Under the pieces are notes generated by a model, which was not told the DNA's origin, made no database searches, and worked only from the letters and a program-made list of their open reading frames with translations. The position numbers and the translations under genes are program-made. This document shows, in pieces, positions 1 to 10,914 of a DNA stretch of 64,000 nt. Numbering within the stretch: the first letter of the stretch is position 1; the number at the start of each line of letters is the position of its first letter. Origin of the DNA: Arcobacteraceae bacterium (GTDB taxonomy: Bacteria; Campylobacterota; Campylobacteria; Campylobacterales; Arcobacteraceae); the NCBI GenBank assembly GCA_965224485.1, contig CBDCZH010000010.1, positions 224,001-288,000 of the forward strand. Reading direction: 5' to 3'.

Positions 1-164
1 GAAAACCTCAAAATAAAGAAGATGTGGCAAATTATGTATTATCTAATTTTTCTAAAGATGAAATGAATAAATTAGAAGATATAATAGCTCATACTTTAAA
101 AGCTATTGAAGCTATTAAACTTCAATCAATTAATGAAGTAAAATCCAAATTTACAATAAAGTAA
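1..164 (+). CDS. pth: peptidyl-tRNA hydrolase, 3' end (truncated by window edge)
   Basis: Frame from base 3 reads KPQNKEDVANYVLSNFSKDE...KFTIK*, resembling the Pth C-terminus; TAA at 162-164. Confidence 0.75.
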   Translation, partial: KPQNKEDVANYVLSNFSKDEMNKLEDIIAHTLKAIEAIKLQSINEVKSKFTIK

Positions 165-167
165 AAG

Positions 168-1234
168 ATGAACTTATTAACTAAATATTTACTAACAAAA
201 TATATTAAAACTTTATTATTGTTTTATTCTCATTAGAAATTTTTTTCGTAGGAATTGATTTTTTACAAAATTACAAAGATTTACCAAACTCTGCTAACTT
301 ACAGATTTTATATATTTTATATAATAGTTTTTTTACTTTTACAATTACCTTACCTTTATCTTTGATTTTTGCTTGGGTTATTACTCTTTCAACTATTATA
401 AAATCTAATGAATTAGTAGCAATGTTATCTTTAGGTGTTGATAAGAAAAGAGTTTATAAACCTATTATTTATACTTCACTTGTTTTTTTGTTCTTATTAT
501 TAGCAGCTCAAACTACTCCTTTAGCTTATGCTTATGATGAAAAATCTAAAATCTTAGATGGAGAATATTTTGTTGATAAAAAAGAGGATATTTTTTTAAA
601 ATATAATGATTATTTTGTATATTTTAAAAAGTTATACCCCTTAGAAAAATTAGCCCAAGGCGTACATATTTTTAAAATTAAAGATGATGATATTATTGAA
701 AATATAAGTGCAAAAAAAGCATATTTTAAAAATAATAGATGGTATGTGGTTGATGCAAAGGTTATAAAAAAACCACATATATTAAATTGGGAAAATTCAA
801 AACTAGAAATAACACATGAAAAATTTCTGCATACTTTAGAAGGGTTTAAGCCTAAGATTCTAGATAATGTATATGATTCAAAATCACTTTTTTCAATTAC
901 TGATGCAATTAGCGCTATAATATTACTTAAAAATCAAGATGTAAGTACTGATAAAATTAGATCAGCTTTATACTTTCAATTAGTTGGTTCTTTTTTTATT
1001 ATTCCTCTTATTGCTTTGATTTTTATCTTTACTTCTATAAATTCCAGATCTTTTTCTTTGGGATCTTTTGTATCTTTAAGTATATTTGGAACATTAATAA
1101 TTTGGGGAATCTTTTTTATGCTACATAAATTTTCAACTGGTGGAATAGTAAGTCCTGAAGTTACCTTATTATTACCTCTATTTTTATGGTATCTTATTTC
1201 TTATATAGTTTTTAAGAAAAAAGAATCTGTTTAA
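168..1234 (+). CDS. lptG: LptF/LptG family LPS export permease; apparent 1-nt frameshift near 207-210
   Basis: ATG 168 gives MNLLTKYLLTKYIK; adding one A to the A-run joins it to FIIVLFSLEIFF...LPLSLIFAW and ORF 362-1234; 'SNELVAMLSLG' motif and TM-periplasmic-TM layout. Confidence 0.8.
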
Positions 1235-1243
1235 TTTGGGGAC

Positions 1244-1690
1244 TTGATGAATAAAAAGTATGCATATGGAGTTTGTTTATACAAAATTACAAAGTACGAT
1301 ATTAAAATATTATTATGTAAAAGTGTAAAAAGTTTTAACAACTGGGGTTTCTTAAAAGGTTGTTTATTAAAAAATGAGACTTTAATTAAATGTGCTAAAA
1401 GAGAGTTTGAAGAAGAGAGTGCAATAAAAACAAATATAGATTTTTATGAAGAATATTTTGAACAAAAAAATGAAGATAAAGATGTTGGTATTTGGCTTTA
1501 TAATGCAAAAAATATATCTAACTTAGATGAATTTATTGTTGATGGAAAGTTATTAGAAAATCATCTTTCTTGGGAAAACTCAAAGGTTAAGTTTTTTTCT
1601 TTAGATCATTTACCTTCTATTAAGGATAAGCAAAATATTTTAGTAAAAGATATTAAGGATTTTTTAGAAAATAAGCATCAACGCCATTAG
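1244..1690 (+). CDS. Nudix hydrolase
   Basis: Nudix box G-x5-E-x7-REFEEES; 3' end overlaps convergent amiA by 38 nt. Confidence 0.8.
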   Translation: MMNKKYAYGVCLYKITKYDIKILLCKSVKSFNNWGFLKGCLLKNETLIKCAKREFEEESAIKTNIDFYEEYFEQKNEDKDVGIWLYNAKNISNLDEFIVDGKLLENHLSWENSKVKFFSLDHLPSIKDKQNILVKDIKDFLENKHQRH

Positions 1691-3383
1691 CAATACCATG
1701 AGCTAATTTTTTTTGGTAAACTTTAGAATATAGTCGTCTACTCTCTTCTTTATGTGAAATATAACCTATTTCTATTAAAACAGCTGGCATTTGAGCCCCT
1801 ACAAGAACCCAAAATGGACCTTCTCTTACTCCGCCATCTAATACATCTTTATATAACTTTCTAGAAGAAAAAAGCATGTTTTGTTGTATATCAATTGCTA
1901 GTTTATTAGAAGCAGTAATTTTACCTTGATTTAAAATTGTAAGAAGTGTATTTTTACTGCTATAATTCATTTTTCTTATATCTGTTCTATTTTCTTGTGC
2001 TGCTACTCTTTTTGCTCTTGCACTTCTAGCTGGACTTAAAAAGAATGTTTCCATTCCTCTTGCTGTTTTTACCTTACTTTTATGAGCTGCGTTTGCATGG
2101 ATAGAAATAAATATATCTGCATGTTTTTTATTTGCCAATACTGTTCTATTTCTTACTTTAATAAATCTATCTGTTGATCTTGTAATATAAACTCTATAAT
2201 TTCTATCTCTTAGTTCTTTATAAAGATATTTTGTTACTTTTAGTACTGCAACTTTTTCATATCTCTTATGTGGTCCTAAAGCGCCACTATCTTTTCCTCC
2301 ATGCCCAGCATCTATAACAATAATTTTCTGCTTTGGATTAAATATTGGTAAAGAAGGAAGTACATTAACTTTTTGCTTAGCAGTTCTTGTTTGTTTTAGG
2401 TTTAAAATTTTTATTTTTATTTGTTTATTATTTATACTATAAATTGTTTTAACATTTTTTTTATTTGATATTGTAATTCTTAAAGTGTTTTTCTTATATT
2501 GTGATACAGAAATTCTTTTAATATTTTGAATACTTAACTTAGTTGGTTTAGCATCTTTAAATTTACCTTTTAAATCAAAAATATCTTTATTTAAATTTTT
2601 ATAATGTAGTTCAAAAAACTTAATATATTCTTTTGAAATTCTATGTTTAAAATTAATTATAATTGCATTATCTTTTACATATACATCTTTTATAGTGTAA
2701 GAAAAATCTTTATCTTTTTTTAAAAGTAATTTTTTACTAATATTTACTTTCTTAATACTTGTATATTTCTTTCTTTTTTCTTTTTTATTTATGTCTAATA
2801 TTTTTATTATTATTTGTTTTTTATTTATTATATATTTTGTTTTTAAGTTCTTTTTATTTGAAAGTACTATTCTTAATGTATTATATTTATACTGACCAAT
2901 TGAAATTTTATCAATATTTGTTATTATAAGTTTTGTAGGTTTTGCATTTTTAAAATGACCTTTAAAATCAAAAATATCTTTATTTAGATTTTTATAATGC
3001 AGTTCAAAGAAATTTATATCTTTACTTGTCACATTTTTATTGAAGTTAATTATAATACTGCTATTTTTTGTATAAACAGATCTAATAGAATCAAGTTTAT
3101 TATAAGAAGCTTGTAAGCTAAGCTTTTTTATAGCTTTGGATTTAGGTTTAGAAATAGTTTTAGGTTTATTTAAAAGATTTAGCTCTTTTTGATATTTAAT
3201 GATATTTATTTTTAACTTTTTACCCAGTTTTATTAGTTTTACTAAGTTTTTCTTTTCTAAAGGCTCATCATTTTGTATGATAGCCTTTAAATAGTTCATT
3301 TTAAGTGAATTAAATTCATGATTTAAATCACTTGATATTAAAATAGTATAAAAACAAATTAGAAGAAAAAAATTTCTTAAAAT
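1653..3383 (-). CDS. amiA: N-acetylmuramoyl-L-alanine amidase (Amidase_3) with duplicated N-terminal domain; probable ATT start at 3383 (first ATG 3299)
   Basis: IVIDAGHGGKDSGA, FISIHANAA and PAVLIEIGY motifs; 28 in-frame upstream codons give a signal-peptide-like N-terminus. Confidence 0.9.
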   Translation of the reverse strand: MLRNFFLLICFYTILISSDLNHEFNSLKMNYLKAIIQNDEPLEKKNLVKLIKLGKKLKINIIKYQKELNLLNKPKTISKPKSKAIKKLSLQASYNKLDSIRSVYTKNSSIIINFNKNVTSKDINFFELHYKNLNKDIFDFKGHFKNAKPTKLIITNIDKISIGQYKYNTLRIVLSNKKNLKTKYIINKKQIIIKILDINKKEKRKKYTSIKKVNISKKLLLKKDKDFSYTIKDVYVKDNAIIINFKHRISKEYIKFFELHYKNLNKDIFDLKGKFKDAKPTKLSIQNIKRISVSQYKKNTLRITISNKKNVKTIYSINNKQIKIKILNLKQTRTAKQKVNVLPSLPIFNPKQKIIVIDAGHGGKDSGALGPHKRYEKVAVLKVTKYLYKELRDRNYRVYITRSTDRFIKVRNRTVLANKKHADIFISIHANAAHKSKVKTARGMETFFLSPARSARAKRVAAQENRTDIRKMNYSSKNTLLTILNQGKITASNKLAIDIQQNMLFSSRKLYKDVLDGGVREGPFWVLVGAQMPAVLIEIGYISHKEESRRLYSKVYQKKLAHGIANGVDAYFLKNP

Positions 3384-3384
3384 T

Positions 3385-4458
3385 TTATTCTCCTTTTGTT
3401 AATTTTTCCATTAATTCATGAACAGAGATTATTTTATCAATTCTATAACCATTTGAACCTGTAAAAAATAATCCTGTGTCAACATCACCTTCATAAGCAG
3501 AAGATAATCTATCTGCAATACAATAACCAACTTTTTTAGCCTCTACTCCTCTATTACAAGGTGCAACACAGTTTGAGATACAGGCAACTTTAGGAGCTGT
3601 TCCTTCAAGTATAGTTTTTTGTAAGTTTGTATGAACTCCCCTTGCTGGAAGACCAACAGGTGATTTGAATAATTTGATATCATCAGCTTTTGCATTTATC
3701 AAAACATTTTTAAAATTTGCATGAGCATCACATTCATAAGTAGCAATAAATCTTGTAGCCATTTGAACACCAGCACAACCCATTTCTAGATATTTATCAA
3801 TATCATCTTTTGTCCAAATTCCACCAGCTGCAATTATAGGCATAGAACCCCAGTTCTTAGCTTCTTCAATTACAGGAGGAACAATTTTTTCTAACTGAAA
3901 CTCTTCTTTAAAACAGTCATCATAAGAAAAACCTTGATGTCCACCACTTAAAGGACCTTCAACAATAACAGCATCAGGAAGTCTATTATATCTTTTCCAT
4001 TTTCTACAAATTAATCTTAAAGCTCTTGCGCTTGATACAATTGGAATCAAAGCAACATCTGGAAAAGCTTCAGTAAACTTTGGCATATTTGTAGGAATTC
4101 CAGCTCCTGTTATAATCATATTAGCACCTGCTTCACAGGCATCTGTTACTGTTCTTCCATAATCATTTGAGGCATATAATACATTACAAGCCAAAGGAGC
4201 ATCACCACAAATTTTTCTAGCATTATTTATGATTTTTGTTAAACCATCTTTTGAGTAAAAATTTAAAGCATCTTTAGGTTTATTTTTTATTAATTTTGCA
4301 GAATATTTTTTATTTTCATAATATCCAGTACCAACTGAAGAAATAACACCTAAGGCACCTTCTTGGCTTACAGTACCAGCTAATTTATCCCAGCTAATAC
4401 CAACACCCATTCCACCTTGAATGATTGGATGTTTTATTTCATATTTTCCTATTTTCAA
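3385..4458 (-). CDS. nitronate monooxygenase/FabK-like flavoprotein, probable FabX
   Basis: PIIQGGMGVGIS, VEGPLSGGHQG, AAGGI and GVQMATRF motifs; C-terminal Cys cluster CISNCVAPC...YCIAD. Confidence 0.8.
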   Translation of the reverse strand: MKIGKYEIKHPIIQGGMGVGISWDKLAGTVSQEGALGVISSVGTGYYENKKYSAKLIKNKPKDALNFYSKDGLTKIINNARKICGDAPLACNVLYASNDYGRTVTDACEAGANMIITGAGIPTNMPKFTEAFPDVALIPIVSSARALRLICRKWKRYNRLPDAVIVEGPLSGGHQGFSYDDCFKEEFQLEKIVPPVIEEAKNWGSMPIIAAGGIWTKDDIDKYLEMGCAGVQMATRFIATYECDAHANFKNVLINAKADDIKLFKSPVGLPARGVHTNLQKTILEGTAPKVACISNCVAPCNRGVEAKKVGYCIADRLSSAYEGDVDTGLFFTGSNGYRIDKIISVHELMEKLTKGE

Positions 4459-4468
4459 AATATTCCTT

Positions 4469-5674
4469 TTATTTTATAACTATTTTAGCGAAATTTTTTT
4501 TACCTTTTTGTAAAACATATTCGCCTGTTTTTAAATTAAGTTTCTCATCAGATACTTTTTCTTGATTAAGTTTAACAGCACCTGCTTTAATATCTCTTCT
4601 TGCTTGAGAAGTTGAGTTTACTAAATTTGCTTGTACTAGTGCTTGATTTATATTAATTCCATCTTCAAATGTAAATTCATTCATTTCACTTGGGATATTT
4701 TTCTTAGAAAAAACTTTTGAAAACTCTTCTTTAGCTTTCTCACCTTCTCCATTTATATGAAACTTATTAACTAGCTCAATTGCTAAAGCATCTTTTACAT
4801 CTTTTGGATGAAGTGATTTATTTAAAACACCTGTTTTAAGATCTTGCACTTCTTGTAATGATTTAGTAGATAATAGTTCATAATATCTCCACATTAACTC
4901 ATCACTTATTGATAAAATCTTACCAAACATATCAAAAGGTTTATCTGTAACACCAATATAATTTCCTAAAGATTTAGACATTTTATTAACTCCATCTAAA
5001 CCTTCTAAAATAGGCATCATTAATACTGCTTGTTGTTTTTGCTTATAGGCTTTTTGTAAGGTTCTTCCCATAAGTAAATTAAACTTTTGGTCTGTTCCAC
5101 CTAATTCAATATCTGTCTTCATAGCAACAGAATCATAACCTTGAAGTAAGGGATACATAAACTCACTAATAGCAATAGGAGTATTTGATGCATATCTTTT
5201 TGAGAAATCATCTCTTTCAATCATTCTAGCAACTGTTAAGTTAGAAGAAAGGGCAATTAATCCACCAGTTCCTAGCTCTTTTAGCCATTTTGAATTAAAC
5301 ATAACTTCTGTTTTATTTTCATCTAATATTTTAAAAACTTGCTCTTTATATGATTGTGCATTATTTAAAACTTCTTCTTCACTTAAAACTTTTCTAGTTT
5401 CACTTTTACCAGTTGGATCTCCAATAGTAGCTGTAAAATCTCCAATTAAAAATTGAACAATTCCTCCATATTTTTGGAAGGTTGCTAGTTTTTGAATTAA
5501 AACGGTATGCCCAAAATGCAAATCAGGAGCAGTTGGATCAAAACCTGCTTTTACATAAAAGTTTTCACCTGTTTCATAATATTTTTTTAATAATTTTTCA
5601 ATTGCTTCAATATCAATTATTTCAGCAATTCCTCTTTTTATTTCTGCTAATGCATTTTTTATTTTATTTTCCAT
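4469..5674 (-). CDS. tyrS: tyrosine--tRNA ligase
   Basis: [13 protein letters not shown] (HIGH), [14 protein letters not shown]-terminal S4 domain. Confidence 0.97.
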   Translation of the reverse strand: MENKIKNALAEIKRGIAEIIDIEAIEKLLKKYYETGENFYVKAGFDPTAPDLHFGHTVLIQKLATFQKYGGIVQFLIGDFTATIGDPTGKSETRKVLSEEEVLNNAQSYKEQVFKILDENKTEVMFNSKWLKELGTGGLIALSSNLTVARMIERDDFSKRYASNTPIAISEFMYPLLQGYDSVAMKTDIELGGTDQKFNLLMGRTLQKAYKQKQQAVLMMPILEGLDGVNKMSKSLGNYIGVTDKPFDMFGKILSISDELMWRYYELLSTKSLQEVQDLKTGVLNKSLHPKDVKDALAIELVNKFHINGEGEKAKEEFSKVFSKKNIPSEMNEFTFEDGININQALVQANLVNSTSQARRDIKAGAVKLNQEKVSDEKLNLKTGEYVLQKGKKNFAKIVIK

Positions 5675-5710
5675 ATGTCCTCGTTAAAATATTGCTTAAA
5701 ATTTATAACT

Positions 5711-5716
5711 ATTATA
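5711..5716 (-). promoter_or_regulatory. putative sigma70 -10 box (TATAAT) for tyrS
   Basis: TATAAT on minus strand 36 nt upstream of tyrS ATG. Confidence 0.45.
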
Positions 5717-5720
5717 CTAG

Positions 5721-7859
5721 TTATTTTTTATAAGCATCTTTTTTTGAAAAAAAATCTATTACTTTTGCTTTTTTCTCTATTATTTTTCTCACAGTATCAC
5801 CACTTTTTATATTTATCTCAAATTCAATATCACAATATTGTCTATAAGAGTGTATTTCTCTTCCATAAGAAATAGATAAAATATAACCTTCATAGTTACT
5901 CATAAAGGTTAAAAGTTTAGCAAGCTCACCTTTTGTATTTGGTAAAGATACTAACATTTTATATTGATATAGTTTACTCTCTTCCCATTTACAAAAAAAC
6001 ATTTGTGCTTTTTGATTCATTTGAGTATATGCTTTATCACACATTTTATGATGAATAATAGCTTTATTATTTTCTCTAAAAGCTATAATATCATCACCTA
6101 TTTTTGGATGACAGCAGTGCTCAAATTCTAAAGTAGCAATTGAGAAATTTGAATAAAGTAAAATATTATCAAATTTGTACTTTTTTATAGTACTTGCATA
6201 CATTTTTAGTTTTCCAACAATTCCAACAACTTTTAGAATTTCTTTTTCAATTATCTTTTTAGAATTTTTCAAATAGTCTAAACTAGAAGAGACTTTTTGA
6301 AGTGATTTTATAGGGTACTTTTCTAAAATATTTTTTGAGTATTTATGAAAAATTGTATTTAAAATGTTTATTGCACTTAATTCTTCTATCTCTTTTTGTC
6401 TTTGAGAACATAAAAGTTTTATTTGTTTTTTTGCTCTATTCGTTTTAACCATATCTATCCACGAACATCTAGGAATAGGGTGCTTTAATGTTTTAATTGA
6501 AACAATATCAGAACTTACAAGTTCAGTTAATAAAGGTTTTTTTACTTTATTTATATAACATTCACTTGCGCAATTTCCTACATCAGTATGAATATTATAA
6601 GCATAATCATAAGCTGTTGAACCACGAGGAAGAGTGAAAATTCCACCTTTTGGTGAATAAACTACAATTTCTTCTGAGTATAAATCTTCTTTTGCTTGAG
6701 AATAAAATTCTTCTACATTTTCATTTGTATACTCTAAAGCTTTTAACCAGTTTAGATTTGGAGCTTGTTTAGCTCCACTTTTATATTTCCAATGAGCAGC
6801 TATTCCATACTCAGCAACTCTATGCATCTCATTTGTTCTAATTTGAACTTCATGTATTTTTGAATTATAAAAAACTGTTGTATGAATTGTTTGGTAACCA
6901 TTCTCTTTTGGAGTTGCTACATAATCTTTGAATCTTGCTATTAAAGGTTTATACTCTAAATGAATAAAACCTAATACTTTATAACAATCTATTTCGTTTT
7001 CAACTATTATTCTAATTGCAAGTAGGTCTAAAACTTCATCTATATTGACACCTTTTCTTTGCATTTTTAGATATATAGAGTAGTGATGTTTAATTCTTGA
7101 AAATATTTGTATTTTTGATGAATCATAAGCATTTTTTTCTAACAACATTTTAGTTGAAGAGATAAACTCATTAAAAGTAACTTGAATTTTGTGCTGATGT
7201 TCTTTTATAAAGTTATCTATTTTTTTATATTCATCTGGATAAATATAAAAAAATGATAAGTCTTCTAATGCATTTTTTAAAGATGATATTCCTAGTCTAT
7301 GCGCAATTGGAACATAAACTACTAAAGTTTCTTCGGCTATTCGTAATTGTTTATTAGCAGGTAGGGCTTCAAGAGTTAGCATATTATGCAATCTATCACA
7401 AAGTTTTACAACTAATACTCTTACATCATCAATAGAAGCAATAAGCATTTTTCTAAATGTTAAAGCTGAAGAAGTAACTCTTGTATTTGAAGTAGATGAG
7501 CTAAATTCGCTCTCTCTTATTTCATCAATTTTTGTTAAACCATCAACCATATGAGCAATATTATCACCCCATTTAGTTCTAACATAAGCTAAGTCATAAG
7601 ACGTGTCTTCAACTACATCGTGTAATAATGCAGTCGCAACTATATCTTCATCTTGAGAGAAATGAGCTGTTATGGAAGCTACTAAAATTGGATGAACTAT
7701 ATAAGGTTCACCACTTTTTCTAAATTGGCCCTCATGAGCTTTTATAGAAAAATTTATTATTTCATCAAGTTTAGGGCTTAATTTGATTTGTAAGTTTAAT
7801 TCAGCAAGTGCACCTTCTATAGTGTTGATTTGCTGAATTTTTTTTATAAACGGATCCAT
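5721..7859 (-). CDS. spoT: bifunctional (p)ppGpp synthetase/hydrolase
   Basis: HEGQFRKSGEPYIVHP, LLHDVVEDT (HD), KENGYQTIHT, TGS and ACT domains. Confidence 0.96.
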   Translation of the reverse strand: MDPFIKKIQQINTIEGALAELNLQIKLSPKLDEIINFSIKAHEGQFRKSGEPYIVHPILVASITAHFSQDEDIVATALLHDVVEDTSYDLAYVRTKWGDNIAHMVDGLTKIDEIRESEFSSSTSNTRVTSSALTFRKMLIASIDDVRVLVVKLCDRLHNMLTLEALPANKQLRIAEETLVVYVPIAHRLGISSLKNALEDLSFFYIYPDEYKKIDNFIKEHQHKIQVTFNEFISSTKMLLEKNAYDSSKIQIFSRIKHHYSIYLKMQRKGVNIDEVLDLLAIRIIVENEIDCYKVLGFIHLEYKPLIARFKDYVATPKENGYQTIHTTVFYNSKIHEVQIRTNEMHRVAEYGIAAHWKYKSGAKQAPNLNWLKALEYTNENVEEFYSQAKEDLYSEEIVVYSPKGGIFTLPRGSTAYDYAYNIHTDVGNCASECYINKVKKPLLTELVSSDIVSIKTLKHPIPRCSWIDMVKTNRAKKQIKLLCSQRQKEIEELSAINILNTIFHKYSKNILEKYPIKSLQKVSSSLDYLKNSKKIIEKEILKVVGIVGKLKMYASTIKKYKFDNILLYSNFSIATLEFEHCCHPKIGDDIIAFRENNKAIIHHKMCDKAYTQMNQKAQMFFCKWEESKLYQYKMLVSLPNTKGELAKLLTFMSNYEGYILSISYGREIHSYRQYCDIEFEINIKSGDTVRKIIEKKAKVIDFFSKKDAYKK

Positions 7860-7889
7860 TGTATCTTAGAAAAAAATAATCGTTAAGAA

Positions 7890-8105
7890 TTATTCTTTAT
7901 CTACTAAACCTTCAATAACTAATAAACCAGTAGCAATTTCATCAATTGCAATATCAGTATATTTCATATTAAGAGTATTTTTTTCTAATAAAGGTTTAGC
8001 TCCTCTACTTAAAGCATCTGCTCTTTGGCCTACTGCTAAAGATAAAATATATCTATCATTATCTACTTTTTTTAAAGCTTTTGATATTCTTTCTTCTAGT
8101 CTCAT
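7890..8105 (-). CDS. rpoZ: RNA polymerase omega subunit
   Basis: 71 aa, DRYILSLAVGQRA...IAIDEIA; pyrH-rpoZ-spoT synteny. Confidence 0.92.
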   Translation of the reverse strand: MRLEERISKALKKVDNDRYILSLAVGQRADALSRGAKPLLEKNTLNMKYTDIAIDEIATGLLVIEGLVDKE

Positions 8106-8115
8106 TATAATCCTT

Positions 8116-8832
<717 letters not shown>

Positions 8833-8845
8833 TTATAATTTCGCA

Positions 8846-8854
8846 ATAATAGCA
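8846..8854 (-). promoter_or_regulatory. putative extended -10 (TGCTATTAT) for pyrH-rpoZ-spoT
   Basis: TGnTATTAT 22 nt upstream of pyrH ATG. Confidence 0.45.
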
Positions 8855-8893
8855 AAAAACACATAAAGAAGACGTTAAATGTGATGTTTATAT

Positions 8894-9970
8894 TTATATT
8901 AAAGCCCATTCATAAAAAGGCACAACTTCGATTTTTATATCCTCATAATAAAAACTGTCATTATTTGCAATAGTTATAATGAATATTTTTTTTATTTCTA
9001 AAGTATCAATAATATTGAAAACTTTTTTTGTTAATGAATTTAATAACAAATTATTAAAAAAAGGTAAACATAATATAATAGTTTTATCTTTTTCTAAAAA
9101 GAAGTCAATATTATCTAAATATGATATATTTTTATACTTATTTAAAAGTTCTAAAAAAATCATATTAGTAAAAGCATTTTTAAATTTTTTACTATGGCTA
9201 AGTGAGCTTAAAAACGAGTGATTGTAAGCATATATTTTTTTTATAGCTTTTTCTTGTTGGTATTTTTTTACAAAAAAAACAAATCTATTTTCTTCATAAA
9301 CTTTACATAAAGAATAAAATAAATCTTTAGATATTTTCATTCTTTTTTTTAGAGATAAATAGAGCTGATTTAGTGACTTTTTTTCATCTATATTTAAAAA
9401 TAATATTTTTAGGACTTCTTCTTGGGTCTCATTCTTTGTATATATTTTTATAATTTCTTGCAATCTTTTTTCTTTTTTATGTTCTTCAATATTTATAATA
9501 CCAGGTAAGTTTCCATGTTTGAAAAAATAGTTAAAGGTATTTATTGTTGATTGATGTCTATTATCATGCAGTAAAAATTCTTCAAAGTCTAGGGGCATTA
9601 AATAAAGCTTTTTAAAGGTATTAAAAGTATTTAAACTTGCAGTTTTATTACTTGTTAAAATAATACTTTCACAAGCTGGTAGAGTAAAATCAAAATCAAA
9701 ATTTTCTATAACTAAAACTTTTATAAAATTAATTTTAATAAATTCTTCAAGATTTGTACTTATATCATTTTTGTGATTTTTAGCATCATTTAAATCTATG
9801 TATAAATACTCTTTATTTAAAAAATTTGATAAATAATCATATATCAAATAACTTTTACCACATTTAGAAGGACCTATTATTATAGTTTTATTATGAATAA
9901 TTTTATGTTTTCGCTCTTGAAATGTAATTTTGTTGAACTCTAGTTCATAACAAGCTTGTAAGGTTTTCAT
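8894..9970 (-). CDS. AAA_14/DUF4143-like ATP-binding protein
   Basis: Walker A GPSKCGKS, 'LMPLDFEEFL', 'KKIYAYNH', C-terminal 'IEVVPFYEWAL'. Confidence 0.75.
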   Translation of the reverse strand: MKTLQACYELEFNKITFQERKHKIIHNKTIIIGPSKCGKSYLIYDYLSNFLNKEYLYIDLNDAKNHKNDISTNLEEFIKINFIKVLVIENFDFDFTLPACESIILTSNKTASLNTFNTFKKLYLMPLDFEEFLLHDNRHQSTINTFNYFFKHGNLPGIINIEEHKKEKRLQEIIKIYTKNETQEEVLKILFLNIDEKKSLNQLYLSLKKRMKISKDLFYSLCKVYEENRFVFFVKKYQQEKAIKKIYAYNHSFLSSLSHSKKFKNAFTNMIFLELLNKYKNISYLDNIDFFLEKDKTIILCLPFFNNLLLNSLTKKVFNIIDTLEIKKIFIITIANNDSFYYEDIKIEVVPFYEWALI

Positions 9971-10902
9971 TTTTTATTAATTAAAGATATTGCTTCATTT
10001 ATTGCATTTAAATAAGATAAATTCGAGATATTAGTTTTATTTTTATAAGCAATATCAAAGGCTGTTCCATGATCAACAGAAGTTCTTATAATTGGAAGGT
10101 TTAGACTTACATTAATACTTTGTTCGAAATATAAAGCTTTTAGAGGTGCTAATCCTTGATCATGATACATTGCTACAAAATACTTATACATTTGTCTGCT
10201 TTTAGGAGAAAAAGCAGTATCTGGAACAGCAGGGCCTTTAAATATCTCTTCATTAAGAGTTTTATTTGCATTTTTAATAGCTTTGAATATTTCTATCTCT
10301 TCATCACCTAAAACTCCATTATCACTAGCATGTGGATTTAAAGCAAGAACTAAAATATTTTTTTCTTTAACAGATGTATAAAAATCAAGTAAAAATTTTG
10401 TTAAGTCTTCTTCTTTGATTCTTTTTGCTACTTTTTTTAAAGCAATATGTTCAGTAAACAAAGAAACATACATTTCTTTACATCCCAACATCATAATTGC
10501 ATTTTTGTTAAAATGCTCCCTTAATACTTCTGTATGACCTTTAAATTTTATACCAGCTTTATTCCAAGACTCTTTATTAATAGGTAGGGTTACTAAAGCT
10601 TTAGTTTTTTTATTTTGTGTTAGTTTAATTGCATTTAAAAATGAATCATAAGAGTATTTTCCAGCTTTGCTTGTAACTCTTGATGGTTTTATTTCAAACT
10701 CACCTTTTGTTTCAAAAAGTTTAAAATCTTTTGGAATTTTTAACTTTAGTTTAGAGGCTCCTTGTATTAATAACTTTTCATTAATACAATAAATTGGTTT
10801 ACAAAGCTTACTTATTTCTTTATGTGATTTTAAAATTAGTTCAAGTCCAATTCCATTTAAATCTCCAATAGAAATAGCTATTTTATGTTTTATATTTTTC
10901 AT
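9967..10902 (-). CDS. pdxA: 4-hydroxythreonine-4-phosphate dehydrogenase
   Basis: GDLNGIGLE, GHTE, AMYHDQGL, RTSVDHGTAFDIA. Confidence 0.96.
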   Translation of the reverse strand: MKNIKHKIAISIGDLNGIGLELILKSHKEISKLCKPIYCINEKLLIQGASKLKLKIPKDFKLFETKGEFEIKPSRVTSKAGKYSYDSFLNAIKLTQNKKTKALVTLPINKESWNKAGIKFKGHTEVLREHFNKNAIMMLGCKEMYVSLFTEHIALKKVAKRIKEEDLTKFLLDFYTSVKEKNILVLALNPHASDNGVLGDEEIEIFKAIKNANKTLNEEIFKGPAVPDTAFSPKSRQMYKYFVAMYHDQGLAPLKALYFEQSINVSLNLPIIRTSVDHGTAFDIAYKNKTNISNLSYLNAINEAISLINKK

Positions 10903-10914
10903 TTAAAACTCTTT

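Noticed and set aside
1653..1690. 38-nt convergent overlap of Nudix gene and amiA as a regulatory feature
   Set aside because: Short convergent overlaps are common in compact genomes; no further evidence.
5482..5875. Short + strand ORFs 5482-5733 and 5675-5875
   Set aside because: Antisense shadows of tyrS/spoT with no recognisable motifs.
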